The notes beneath the pieces are model-generated. The model saw only the letters and a list, made by a program, of their open reading frames with translations, searched no databases and had not been told where the DNA came from. Of a DNA stretch of 64,000 nucleotides, positions 1 through 11,850 are shown piece after piece; position 1 is the first letter of the stretch, and every line of letters starts with the position of its first letter. The position numbers and the translations under genes were made by a program. Source of the DNA: Octopus vulgaris (lineage: Eukaryota); the NCBI GenBank assembly GCA_951406725.2, contig OX597823.1, forward strand, positions 7,192,001-7,256,000, read 5' to 3'.

Positions 1-78
1 TGCTCGACTAAAGGCGGTGCTCCAGCATGGCCGCAGTCAAATGACTGAAACAAGTAAAAGAGAAAAGAGTAAAAGAGC
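1..78 (+). mobile_element. 3' end of SINE family A (tRNA head + CORE-like domain; OR-type octopus SINE)
   Basis: Matches the tail ...GGCGGTGCTCCAGCATGGCCGCAGTCAAATGACTGAAACAAGTAAAAGAG of the full copy at 55254-55673. Confidence 0.85.
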
Positions 79-319
79 ATGTCTGACTATCAAACATCAG
101 ATGATATAGAAAAGTACCTAACATGAACACATGACTGTATTCTATTCCTGCTGCTCATTAGTTCAATCTCTCAGTTCCTTTGTGCTCCATCATTCAGGCA
201 CACACATTCACATGTGATATAGAAGAATTTTCACTTTGGAAAATGTACTTAAATGTCCAGATGTACTTAAAACTGTTAGATATGATTTTATATAAATATA
301 TTTATTTGACACTGCTTTG

Positions 320-848
320 TATCAATATGAAGCAGCATAAAGAATGGCTTAGCCCCGGTAAACAAGCAACACTGCGTGTGAAACAAGATCTTCATCCGCA
401 TAAAACGATGTTGTGAATATGGTGGGACTGGGAAGGGATTATCCATTACAAATTGCTTGAATGGAACCAAACGGTAAATGCGGAACTCTATGCTCAACAG
501 ATGGAACGACTCAACATGGCTATTCAAAAGAAAAGACCTAATCGGCAGCACAAGGTTCTTCTGCTGCACGACAACGCCCACCCTCATATTGCCAGTATGT
601 CCAAGGAAGCCATTCAAATGCATGGCTGGGAAGTGCTGCCACACCCCAATACTCTCCTGATTTGGTACCAATGGATTTTCACCTCCTTCGATCTCTTTCA
701 AATGCTCTGCATGGAGTTTCATTCAATACTGATGCAGAATTGAGAGCTTGGATCAATTTTCAAGTTGAAATCGAGTGATTTCTACCAACAAAGAATTGAA
801 AATTTTGTTGAACGTTGGGAAGAAGTTGTAAACAACAAGGGTGAGTAC
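320..848 (+). pseudogene. Mariner (DD34D) transposase remnant
   Basis: Frames give KQDLHPHKTML*IWWDWEGIIHY, TVNAELYAQQMERL, LLLHDNAHPH, WEVLPHP, SPDLVPMDFHL, VERWEEVVNNKGEY; stop and frameshift present. Confidence 0.92.
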
Positions 849-1150
849 AAGTGTCTTCTACTATAGCCTCAGGCCAACCAAAGCCTTGTGAGTGGATTTG
901 GTAGATGGAAACTGAAAGAAGCCCGTTGTATATATATATATATGTTTATGTATGTGTTTGTGTGTCTGTGTTTGTCCTCCCAACATTGCTTGACAACCGA
1001 TGCTGGTGTGCTTATGTCTCCGTAACTTAGTGGTTTGGCAAAAGAGACCAATAGAATAAATATTAGGCTTAAAAAGAATAAGTCCTGGGGTTGATTTGTT
1101 TGACTAAAGGCAGTGCTCCAGCATGGCTTCAGTCAAATGACTGAAAAGAA
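849..1150 (+). mobile_element. SINE family A, 5'-truncated
   Basis: CAAGTGTCTTCTACTATAGCC...GTGGATTTGGTAGATGGAAACTGAAAGAAGCCC...CAGTCAAATGACTGAAA. Confidence 0.85.
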
Positions 1151-1165
1151 TAAAGAATATATACA

Positions 1166-1233
<68 letters not shown>

Positions 1234-1375
1234 GGTCCCGGGTTGTGTGTTAACCACAGTAAATAAGGTACTCAATACAGATATCATCATCATCAAGTTT
1301 TAACGTCCGTTTTCCATGCTAGTTCATAGTTGGACTATATATAAATATATATATATATGTATGTATGTATGTATG

Positions 1376-1406
<31 letters not shown>

Positions 1407-1490
1407 ATATATACATATATGTATGTATGTATATATATATATATATATATAGCTGCTGTAATCAAACGAAAGTGCAATTGCATGTTAAAA

Positions 1491-1579
1491 AAGTGGTCTG
1501 AGGAGAGTGATAACTGATAGCACAAAAGCGAATTGCATTCTCTTTTGTGCTATCAGTTATCACTCTCCTCAGACCACTT
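1491..1579. repeat. Perfect 38-bp inverted repeat (hairpin)
   Basis: 1491-1528 is the exact reverse complement of 1542-1579; 13-nt loop can pair further (GAAT/ATTC). Confidence 0.95.
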
Positions 1580-1589
1580 ATTTATTTAA

Positions 1590-2366
1590 CATCCATCCCT
1601 AATTTTTAATATCTTCCCTTCCTTTTCTATTTCCCACTGATTGCCTCTTTCTGTGCCACTAGTGATCTCTCCTTTTCCCATGAGCTACATTGTAAGACTG
1701 ACATAACTTTTCCTTATCACCTTCTCATATCTTTTGTCTTTCTCAATGCCTTCTCGTATCAGCCATCAACACACTTCATCCTTGTCTGTCACTCTATCTA
1801 CCTCTATGTACCTTTAACTTCTATCTCTGTCACTGTACACCTTTCTCTCTCTCTACTACACTCTAACCACACAGATTAACTCCCTATTTCTCATCTATCT
1901 ACAGTTTTATTACACTGCTGTTCCCTACCCTTTCTCTACTGCCACATACCTATTTCTTTACTACCCACAATGAGCTGAACACAGAGGAGACAAACAAGGA
2001 CAGACAGACGGATTAAGTCGATTATATCGACCCCAGTGCATAACTGGTACTTAATTTATCGACCCCGAAAGGATGAAAGGCAAAGTCAACTTCGGCGGAA
2101 TTTGAACTCAGAACGTAGCGGCAGACCAAACACTGCTAAGCATTTCGTCCGGCGTGCTAACGATTCTGCCAGCTCGCCGCCCTACATACCATCATCTCCT
2201 GCCCAAGCCATTCCTATTTCTTTCTTGACCATACCAAACTGATACTTAACATTGACCACTCTTCCATCATTCTTCACTTTTCACTATATTCACTTTTAAT
2301 CCCTATCTCAAGCCATCAGTCACTTTCATCTTACAAACTCACCTACCCACACTTCTCAATCCTGTT

Positions 2367-2404
<38 letters not shown>

Positions 2405-3090
2405 CTCACCTTCTTGTACCTTGAGAGTATGCTCTGACACCTTATTACAACCATCTTCATCTCTCTTTCCACCCACTCTTATATAATGCAGGTAGCCATG
2501 TATTTCCTTGTTCCTGTTCCTCTATTGTACTTTGGTCTCTCGACACCTGGTATATAACCACGTCCCTCTCCACTACACACCACCTTAGTCAAGGGTGCTT
2601 TTTGTTTGTTGTGTGAGTTATTTGGCTACCTCACCAGTGCTGCTGCCATAGAAAAGCTCCCAGTGCACTGATCTTCAGCAAGATACTTTATTTTCACATT
2701 GCTCCAGTTCACTCAGCTGTAGAAATGAGTTGCAGCATCACTGGTGCCAAGCTGTATCAGCTTTTGCCTTTCCCTTGGATAACATTAGTGACATGGAGAA
2801 GTGAGGCTGGAATGCATGGGCGACTGCTGGTCTTTGATAAACAACCTTGCCTGGACTTGTACCTCAAAGAGTAACTTTCTAAGTGCAATCCCATGGTATT
2901 TCATTACCAAAGGGTTTTTTACTTTTTTCTTTACACTGTTAAGTGGGTTGCATTAGGAAAGGCATACAACTATAGAAATCATGCCAAAGTAGAGATTGGA
3001 GCTTAGTGCAGTCCTTCAGCTTGTCAGATCCTATCAAACCTTGCTATCCATGCCAGCATGCAAGATAGATGTTAAATGATGAGGATAATG
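1590..3090 (+). mobile_element. Old RTE-type LINE 3' region with long pyrimidine-rich UTR, interrupted by younger SINEs
   Basis: 2400-2580 aligns by eye to the reverse complement of 51240-51450; ends in GCATTAGGAAAGGCATAC...GATGTTAAATGATGA tail. Confidence 0.55.
1950..2182 (-). mobile_element. SINE family B (tRNA head GGCGGCGAGCTGGCAGAA, central GCCTTTCATCCTTTCGGGGTCGATAAA)
   Basis: Reverse complement matches the copy at 26543-26775. Confidence 0.88.
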
Positions 3091-3106
3091 TATATGTGTA
3101 CATGTG

Positions 3107-3974
3107 CAGAGTGCAATGGGAAAATTGTCACCATTTTATATTTTTAATTTCACGCATGCACATTATTTGTTTTTGATTTTGTCAACTACATAGTATAGGA
3201 GAGTCAGGTGGGCACCATCTGTGAGAAAAACAGCACCATGACACAATTCACTCTGCCAGAAATTTGGAAACGACATCCTGTACTGCTTGGTATTGGAGCT
3301 TCTGGCATGAATGCCTGAAGCTCCAATATGAACAGAGGTTGAACACACAGAACAACAGTTGGCTTGCTGTGCCCCTAAAACATGTACCAAGTGTGATAAA
3401 AATCAAGCATGCAGTCAACATCATGGTGTTTGAAGTGATCACTAGTGATGGTGACGTTATGCTTCCAGTTATCTTCCCACATGGTCTCAGACTCAACAGG
3501 GAGGCCTACATCAATTGCCTGGAGGGGGTAGTGCTGCCCTGGGTCAAGAGGATGTCTGCTGGAAGATGCTATGTCTGGCAACAAGGCTCTGCACCAAGCC
3601 ATACCAGCAGGAGAACCCAGTCATGACTGTCAGACAATTTCTGGAACCACATCACTCCTGACATCTGGCTACTTAACTCCCCAAGCTACAACACCCTTGC
3701 TTATTATGTGTGGCGTGCAGTTGAGAGAGAGACCGACAAAACTCTTGGCAGCATTGACCAACTTACATAAAGAGATTGTCCAGAAGAGTTGCAAGAGATA
3801 CCAAAGCTCGACTGGAGGCTGTGGTTAAAGCCAATGGCGATTTTATTGAATAAATTTATTCTTTTGTATTTTCAGATATTTCAATGAAATTTTGGTAAAT
3901 ATATCTGTTAAAATGAGCTGTCAGTATTATTTTTATTTTTGTAATTTAGACAACAATATATTCACTGCAACCTG
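3107..3974 (+). mobile_element. Tc1/mariner DD37D (maT-like) element, internally deleted and decayed
   Basis: KHAVNIMVFEVITSDGDVMLP...YVWQQGSAPSH...NSPSYNTLAYYVW with 37 residues between the mutated 2nd and 3rd catalytic positions; degenerate TIRs CAGAGTGCAATG / CACTGCAACCTG followed by TA. Confidence 0.85.
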
Positions 3975-3984
3975 TATATCTTTT

Positions 3985-4213
3985 ATTTTTTATCTTTTAC
4001 TTCTTTCTGCTATTATACTGTGGCCATGCCGGGGCACCATGTTGAGGTACTTATTCTATTAGTCTCTTTTGTCGAACTACTAAGTTATGGGGGCATAAAC
4101 ACACCAACACAAGCTGTCAAAGAGTGTTGGGGGACAAATACAAAGACACACACATACATACACACACACACATGTACACACTTTCACACATACACACACA
4201 CACATGCATACAC

Positions 4214-4259
<46 letters not shown>

Positions 4260-4589
4260 GCTTTTTTTCAGCTTCCCACCGACCACATCCACTCATAAGG
4301 CTTTTGTCAGCCTGAAGCTATAGCGGAGGATACTTTCTCAAGGTGCCATGCAGTGGGACTGAATGTCGGATCAGTGGTTGAGAAGCAAACTTCTTATCAC
4401 ACAACCACACCAGTTTATAAAAATTACATATAAATATTGATAAGCACAGGAGTGGCTGAGTGGTAAGAAGCTTGGTTCCGGGTTCAGTCTCTCTATGTGG
4501 CACCTTGAGCAAGTGTCTTCTACTATGGCCTCAGGGCGACCAAAGCCTTGTGAGTGAATATGGTAGATGGAAACTGTAAGAATCCCATC

Positions 4590-4590
<1 letters not shown>
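3985..4590. mobile_element. Two SINE family A copies head-to-head (3985-4410 minus, 4445-4590 plus)
   Basis: Family A head, CORE-like and body motifs on opposite strands. Confidence 0.75.
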
Positions 4591-4625
<35 letters not shown>

Positions 4626-4627
<2 letters not shown>

Positions 4628-4962
4628 TCATCATCATCATCATCATCATCGTTTAACGTCCGTTTTCCGTGCTAGCACGGGTTGGATGGTTCGACCGGGG
4701 TCTGGGAAGCCAGGGGCTGCACCAGGCTCCAGTCTGATCTGACAGTGTTTCTACAGCTGGATGCCCTTCCTAACGCCAACCACTCCGTGAGTGTAGTGGG
4801 TGCTTTTTACGTGCCACCTGCACAGGTGCCAGAGGGGTCTGGCATCAGTCACGATCGGTTGGTGCTTTTAACGTGCCACCGGCACGGAAGCCAGCCAAGG
4901 CGGCGCTGGCATCAGCCACGTTCGGATGGTGCTTTTTATGTGCCACCGGCACAGAAGCCAGT
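4626..4962 (-). mobile_element. RTE-type 3' end with (GAT)n tail and 3 tandem pseudoknot-like cores
   Basis: rc of GGCGTTAGGAAGGGCATCCAGCTGTAGAAA...GGACGTTAAACGATGATG plus repeats of GTGCCACCGGCAC. Confidence 0.85.
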
Positions 4963-4984
4963 CTATATATATATATAGTCTGTA

Positions 4985-5135
4985 GTCTGCAAAAGAGAAG
5001 AATGAATTGATATGGGCATATGGTGCATAAAACATGGTTTGTGTTCAAAATAGATGGTGAATGTGAAAGAGAAAGATTTAGAAAAACATGGGTTGAAGTG
5101 GTAAAAACCAATATCAAGATGCTGAACATCACATT
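4985..5135 (+). pseudogene. RTE LINE ORF C-terminal fragment
   Basis: RRMN*YGHMVH...IDGECERERFRKTWVEVVKTNIKMLNIT resembles the RTE motif WFGHV.R...G..RGRPRKTW.EVV..D. Confidence 0.7.
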
Positions 5136-5380
5136 CACTAGGCCCCCACCTCGAATACCGCTGTCCATTGTGGTCCCTCTACAAAAAACAAGACATAATG
5201 AAGATCGAAGTGCCACAAAGATCAATAACTAAAAAAATAAATGGCATGACAGGACTTGACTTTTGGGTTTGACTTAAACAGCTGAAACTCTATTCTCTGC
5301 AACACTGCCATGAGCAATATATTATTTGCACCATGTGGAAAATATTCCACTAATATTATCCAGATGATATCGGTATTATT

Positions 5381-5595
5381 CTTTTACTCTTTTACTCTTT
5401 TACTTGTTTCAGTCATTTGACTGCGGCCATGCTGGAGCACCGCCTTTAGTCGAGCAAATCGACCCCGCGACTTATTCTTTGTAAGCCCAGTACTTATTCT
5501 ATCAGTGTCTTTTGCCGAACCGCTAAGTGACGGGGACGTAAACACACCAGCATCGGTTGTCAAGCAATGCTAGGGGGACAAACACAGACACACAA

Positions 5596-5626
<31 letters not shown>

Positions 5627-5792
5627 CATATATATGACAGGCTTCTTTCAGTTTCTGTCTACCAAATCCACTCACAAGGCATTGGTCAGCCCAAGGCTAT
5701 AGCAGAAGACACTTGCCCAAGATGCCACGCAGTGGGACTGAACCCGGAACCATGTGGTTGTTTAGCAAGCTACTTACCACACAGCCACTCCT
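5381..5792 (-). mobile_element. Full-length SINE family A
   Basis: Complete reverse-complement match to 55254-55673. Confidence 0.9.
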
Positions 5793-5794
5793 CC

Positions 5795-6139
5795 ACAATT
5801 CAACAAAAACTAGGCACCCATGCAATGCATCCCCTACAAAGGTCGGGACCACATCACATAACATTGCGACACAATTTCTTCACTGCAAATGGTCCTGCTC
5901 TTTTCAATGTTATCCCAAAAGAAATTAACGAAGAAAAAGATACCTCAACTTTCAAACAGTACCTGGACAAATTCCTTCAGGAAATATTGGATAAACCACT
6001 TACACCTGGATACATCACAACCAACAACAAATCTCTGCTTGAGTGGTCCATGGCATCCCAAAATAATTAACAAAACTCTTTTCCAGATGGTGCAATTGAG
6101 TTAATCATAGCCTGGGCTAATAATGGCTGAAACCAATCT

Positions 6140-6142
<3 letters not shown>
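5795..6142 (+). pseudogene. CR1-clade LINE 3' end (ORF2 C-terminus plus short UTR)
   Basis: HNFFTANGPALFNVIPKEI...FKQYLDKFLQEILDKPLTPGY...NKSLLEW, followed by (TA)n. Confidence 0.8.
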
Positions 6143-6189
<47 letters not shown>

Positions 6190-6212
6190 TATAGAAACAC
6201 TGTATATATATT

Positions 6213-6430
6213 GATAAAATGGTAAGACACGCTAAATGAATGATGATGAGAGACCTCAATATTATGTATATATATTTATCTGTAAATGTAATATGTGACA
6301 ATTATTTGGTAATTACAATGATAACAACTCCATGTTTCGGATGTCGGGGTGGAAATCCACACTGCCATCTCTTCAGTTATCTGGCCATCGGAAAAAATGC
6401 TACTGAATAATTGTCACTTATTACATTTAC

Positions 6431-6436
<6 letters not shown>
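6213..6436 (-). mobile_element. Short Penelope-like element in (TA)n with degenerate hammerhead between 30-bp inverted repeats
   Basis: Minus strand GATAA-CTGAAGA-GATG...CATC-C-GAAAC...TTATC; IR 6277-6306 / 6407-6436 with one mismatch. Confidence 0.55.
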
Positions 6437-6478
<42 letters not shown>

Positions 6479-6548
6479 TAAAATTATATCATCATCATCA
6501 TCATCATCATTTTCTCTGAATGAAACGTCCTGCTTTCCTATATAATAA

Positions 6549-6585
<37 letters not shown>

Positions 6586-6745
6586 CTGCTCGCTTAGCAT
6601 GGGTTATCATTCGACTAAAACAATGCGAACGCATTGTAACCAGCGATTGTAACAACATCTGAATGGGTCGGTCTGTGATATATCTATATATATATTAGAA
6701 GGTTTGGAGATGATGTACAGGTATTTTATATTAGAAGAAATGAGG

Positions 6746-6831
<86 letters not shown>

Positions 6832-7611
6832 ATACATGTGTGCGTGTATATACGTATGTGTGTGTATGTGTATGTGTATGTGTGTGTGTACGACTGCAAG
6901 CATATATAGGTAAACCAGAAAGAACAGCACCAAAAATCCTTTTCTCGTTGTCTATTTGTATTAAAAGGCTTGCACTGTTTAAAATATTCTCAAAGTTTCA
7001 TTCTTACTTATTCCATCTTCACTTCCAGTGTCTGCGTATTAGGAAAACTCACTGAAATTTTTTTGGGAAACTTACTTTCAAATTCATTGTTGTGTACTTA
7101 TAACAAAAGATGTAATGTTATCTTTTGTGTGATGTGGCTACTTTCTTGAACTTGACATGTTAAGTAAGTCAAGGACATTAAAGATAAAACACATAGCAGA
7201 AGTGAATATAACTAGGATACTGGGCAGTTTACTCATGTTCTTATCACAAGCCCATTTTGGAAATAAAACTATAACATGCTGACATTTTATAATGCATAAC
7301 ATTCATGAAAAGGCCATATCTGTCACTTTGATGGTTTATGTATGTTGCACTAGCGCTAAAAATAACATTGTCAGGCTGCATTAAGAGTAAAGCTGCTTTC
7401 TCCATTATAGTATAGATAGAATATCATTAAACCATCCCAGGCATAGACTGACATCAATGCTTTAAAGGCATCATTGCATATTAGGCAATGCTAAACACAC
7501 CATATAAAGATTTAAACAATCTTCTTCTCTCAAGGGTTCAAAGAATGAAGTGTAAGTACTAAAACTTTAATGTTCACACACACACATACAAACACACAGA
7601 CATGCACACAT

Positions 7612-7678
<67 letters not shown>

Positions 7679-8029
7679 ACAATCACTAAGTTGATTTTGA
7701 ACACTTTGTTTCAGAAAGATATATGAAATCTCAGTTTTTCAAACAATATCTATATTATGTTTCTCTTAATTGTTGAGAACAATTAAGACTTTCTTTCATT
7801 TGCAGACTATTTTTCTTAATTAATCTTTGAATTTGAAGGGTCCTAATAAAATTATAAGTGTTGTAATTCATTATCATTTTATCGATTTCATATTCTTTTA
7901 ATAATATAAAAAAAATGATGGTGAGTTTTCTGTTCTAGTTATTTCACCGTTCAATAACAATCTTGCCGTTTAATTTATGCCAATTGTAGGTATCAACCAA
8001 ACTTATCAATAGCAGTCTATTTTATTATT

Positions 8030-8385
8030 GTTACCAGTGTCGCCTTACTGGCACTTGTGCCGGTGGCACGTGAACTAAACATTCAAACAATGTCGTTGCC
8101 AGTGCCGCTGGACTGACTCCTGTGCAGGTGGCATGTAAAAAACACCATTTTCAGTGTGGCTGTTGCCAGTACCACCAGACTGGCCTTCGTGCCGGTGGCA
8201 CATAAAAGCACCCACTACACTCTCGGAGGGGTTGGCATTAGGAAGGGTATCCAGCCATAGAAACTCTGCCAGATCAGATTGGAGCCTGGCGCAGCCATCT
8301 GGTTCACCAGTCCTCAGTCAAATCGTCCAACCCATGCTAGCATGGAAAGTGGACGTTAAAGGATGATGATGATGATAATGATGAT
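8030..8385 (+). mobile_element. RTE-type 3' end with tandem cores and (GAT)n tail
   Basis: Three GTGCCGGTGGCAC-like cores then GGCATTAGGAAGGGTATCCAGCC...GGACGTTAAAGGATGATG. Confidence 0.85.
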
Positions 8386-8783
8386 AGTATTCAATGCCTA
8401 CTAAACTTAACCAAGATCTTAGTTTTCTGAAGAACAACATTATCAGTTCAAATCCTAGGTAGTTTATTCAATAATCTTTTTCAACTTGCATGTGATGTTT
8501 GTCTTTTGCTTTTGAAATCAGACATTTGGCATTCATTTTAATGTAACATAAGACTGAAATTCTCTCCATTTTATATGATGAACATATTGAACTATCTATG
8601 TTAATATTGATTAGATTGTTGTATTTTAAGGAATCCAATTAGGACATCATGTACAACCATTTCTACCTTCTTAGTCAATGTATACTGATCTCCTCTAGTT
8701 GAGAAAAGACAAATTAACCTATAGCCTGATCAAAGCTCGTAACTTGCAATAACTATACTGAAAGCAAGTATGACAGCAACAGT

Positions 8784-9161
8784 GGTGGAGGTGCAATGGC
8801 CCAGTGGTTAGGGCAGCGGACTCGCGGTCGGAGGATCGCGGTTTCAATTCCCAGACCAGGCGTTATGTGTATTTTTTGAGCGAAAACACCTAAAGCTCCA
8901 CGAGGCTCCAGCAGGGGGTGGTGGTACCCCTGTTGTACTCTTTCGCTCCAACTTTCTCTCACTCTTTCTTCCTGTTTCTTGTCCCCGACTTCCTACACAA
9001 CCGCTGAGCCTGGATGCACATTCATCCATCCGTCAATGCTCTCGGTGTCGGGGGTTGACCTGCTTTCTCTTCTGCGGGTCTTACGAATAGCAAAGGACCT
9101 CGTTTCAGACTTCTCCCACTAATGGGACGAAGACCGCTTCACTCAACAAACAAACAAACAA
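8784..9161 (+). mobile_element. SINE family C, tail type 1, with 11-bp TSD
   Basis: tRNA-like head TGGCCCAGTGG (A box) ... GGTTTCAATTCC (B box); (AAAC)n tail; TSD ACAGCAACAGT at 8773-8783 and 9162-9172. Confidence 0.9.
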
Positions 9162-9517
9162 ACAGCAACAGTAATACTAATAACAAGTTCACAGAAGGTA
9201 TTCCGCTATCCTGTATATCCTTCTTTTACAAACATGTGAGCTTTTAACATAACTTTTTCTATTCAGTCTAGTTCTGTATCATGATTAAGTCATGACTGGC
9301 CATCCTCTGTTACACCAATACAGTGAAATGTGATGGTATTTTTTTACATGAACTGAATTGTTTTCGTCTGTGGATGTTATAAATGGTGTTAGCTGCTTCA
9401 CTGAAACAAGTTCGAGTGCAGCTGATTCTTGTCTCTCTAGTCAATCAGTGTTAAGGTTGGCAAACACAATGCTATTTACAGCAGTAACAGAGAACACCAA
9501 CTTAATCTTATATGAAA

Positions 9518-9899
9518 CTAGCAGTATCGCCCAGCGTTTTCTTGGGTTTGTTTTGACCCTTTAGAATTGGAATTTTTGAAAAGTAAAAATTTTGCATTAT
9601 ATAGTTTGCTATTCTCTTTAAGTGAACATTTTTTCTGGTTGAAATAGAGAGAAAAATGGCAACACAGCAGTAAAAAAATCGTAAAAAATAGGGATTTTCA
9701 TGGGGAAAGAGCATCTTTATGATGTAAATAAATTTTGGTGTTAACATGGTCTGATTTGAATTTTTTCTTCTACGGAAGGAAGAGCAAGCTTTCTTCTATC
9801 ATACTCTCAATTTTGGTCAACTTGTGCCAGAGGAGATAGTGTTAGTTGAAGGCTACCAAACCTGCCATACACAGACAACTTCAGCTTTATATATATAGA
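9518..9899 (-). mobile_element. Non-autonomous Helitron (family H1)
   Basis: Minus strand A|TC...CGCTGGGCGATACTGCTAG|T, no TSD, subterminal GC hairpin; second copy at 18234-18623. Confidence 0.88.
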
Positions 9900-10519
9900 T
9901 TTGTTTATTAATATTTTCAAAGGGTTTATAGTAATTGAAGGTTTCTCTTGATAAACTTTCTCTTGAAGACATTGTATACCAACCTACAGTAGTTTTGTAA
10001 CTGAGAAGAATCTTTTGTGAATATAAGTCAAAACAAGTAATTCTAGAATATAATATTTCAATGCTTGCTCTATCGCTTGAACTGTCATTTATATCTTGGG
10101 ATGATGCTGTTGATTCTAATTTATTGCAACGATGTAAATTAAGGAATTGTTTTTAAAAGATAAATTCAGTACTGTTACCAGAGATTAGAGAGAGCCTTTG
10201 TATGCTTGCACAATCTGCTAAAAATAGCAACCAAATCTCTCTCAGATAAAAAAGAGGATATAGATAATATGGCCATTGGGGTTAATATTGAGCTGGCTCT
10301 ATTGATATAAGGATACAATGTCTGGAAAATGAATGCTGTGTTGTGATTTGAAGTAAAGTATGTATGAAAGACTTTAAATGTTTGTTGACCACTGTAAACA
10401 CTTGGTAGCCTGGCAAATTAACTCTTTTCTCCAGCAAAATATATAATGTTTCTTGTTTAGTGAACTGTAGTATGGATTGGAAGTAACCTGCAATGAGAAA
10501 TATTAGTTTTTGAACACAG

Positions 10520-11850
10520 TTGAATGTAAAAAACTAAAAAAAATTATATCTAATTTTACAAAACAAGCTTATGTAAAGAGAATGACCATCAATCATGATG
10601 TCAAGATTTAGAAGTCTAGTTTCTGTATATGGACCTTAAGTTTTTCTTAATCCTAATAAAAAATGTTTGTGAATGTGTTAGAAATTTAAAAAACACACAA
10701 AACTGGACAAGAAAATGAGCTGAAACTAATTATAGAGAAGTTCAATAATAATTACCAAGACAAAAAGTGACATTTAAAGAATTTTATTCAAACAAACGAC
10801 TTTCTAGTACAGGTTTAAATGCTTTTCTTGTAAGATATGAATTTCTTTATAAAAATATCACAATTCAGAAGTGTCCAGACCTTTTTTGAGCTTAATGCTG
10901 TGAACATATACAGAGAAAATGAAAAGTTGGTATGTATCACATGTTTTCAATTGACTTACAAATGCATGAGAAATACACTCAATAAAGTATTAAGAGATAT
11001 TTCAATGAGTGAATGCATTGTACTAGTGTTAAACATGAACTAAAGACAGTTAACTTTAGCCATTGTAGCTGAGATAGAAAAATACAACAAAGACACCGTT
11101 AGAGAGAGAGTGGTAACAATTGTTAATTTTACTGTGATATTAGGTCAAATCCTACAGAGAGGAATAGTAGGATTATGAGATGTTTTAAATATAAGTCAAT
11201 TTAACATTTTGTCAAAGATTGTCATCTAAATCATATTAACGAAGTTGTTGAGTTTGATTAGGTGCATATGGTTTTAGGTCATGCTGAAACACCTGCTGAA
11301 AATATTCTGATTAACAACTCATACAGACAGGTGTCTGCTCTGGTAAAAGAGAGACTTTGTTCTGCTTTTATCTCATATAATTGCTGGAGAACTCTGGCTA
11401 GAAGTGCTTCTTTGTGCCATGAGTAATAGAGAAAAAGCCTTGGCTAAGATTAGTAAATCCAACAGAAGTTTTTGTTTTGGTAATGGAATGATAGTAACGT
11501 GTATTAAGATGGTCAAGTTTTGAGTTACTTTAATAGTGGGTGTCAGGGCATATATTGAAGTTGATATTGCAAAACTTGATTTACCTCTTTTTTTTAAAGT
11601 TATAGATCTATGAAAATTGGTGGCATGGTGTTGGATTTACAAAATAAACAAGCATTACATTTAACAGAGTAATCAGAATAGTAAAGGGTTAATGTTGCTA
11701 AATGACAGGTTCTTATGTAAATGGTTATTCACTGAATCAATTGTATCTGTTGATATGGATTATAATGTCCATGCTTTAGAGGTTCTTATTTAGCAAGGTA
11801 ACAGAAAAAATATAAGTTCTGAATTATTTGCATATGAATGTTTATAAGTA
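10520..11850 (+). pseudogene. Ty1/copia (GalEa-like) gag and aspartic protease remnant
   Basis: GQENELKLIIEKF; zinc knuckle NPTERNSRIMRCFKYKSI*HFVKDCH; protease IAGELWLE...SNRSFCFGNG...YIEVDIAKLDLPL...SMKIGGMVLDL. Confidence 0.75.

Larger units (their letters stand above)
6905..10165 (-). pseudogene. Fossil ORF block 1: BACK-like and PHR-like modules, interrupted by RTE end, SINE and Helitron
   Basis: Long minus-strand frames with scattered TAA/TGA; frame is restored by excising 9518-9899 (NINKQ|ISYKIKLVF) and 8784-9161 (VISITVA|VILAFS); motifs PLREEDCLNLYMV, FRKLRSWLSLVGIEYY, TITFHCIGVTEDGQ. Confidence 0.6.

Noticed and set aside
8784-8860. tRNA genes at SINE heads
   Set aside because: A/B boxes are present, but there is no complete cloverleaf and each head runs into a SINE body.
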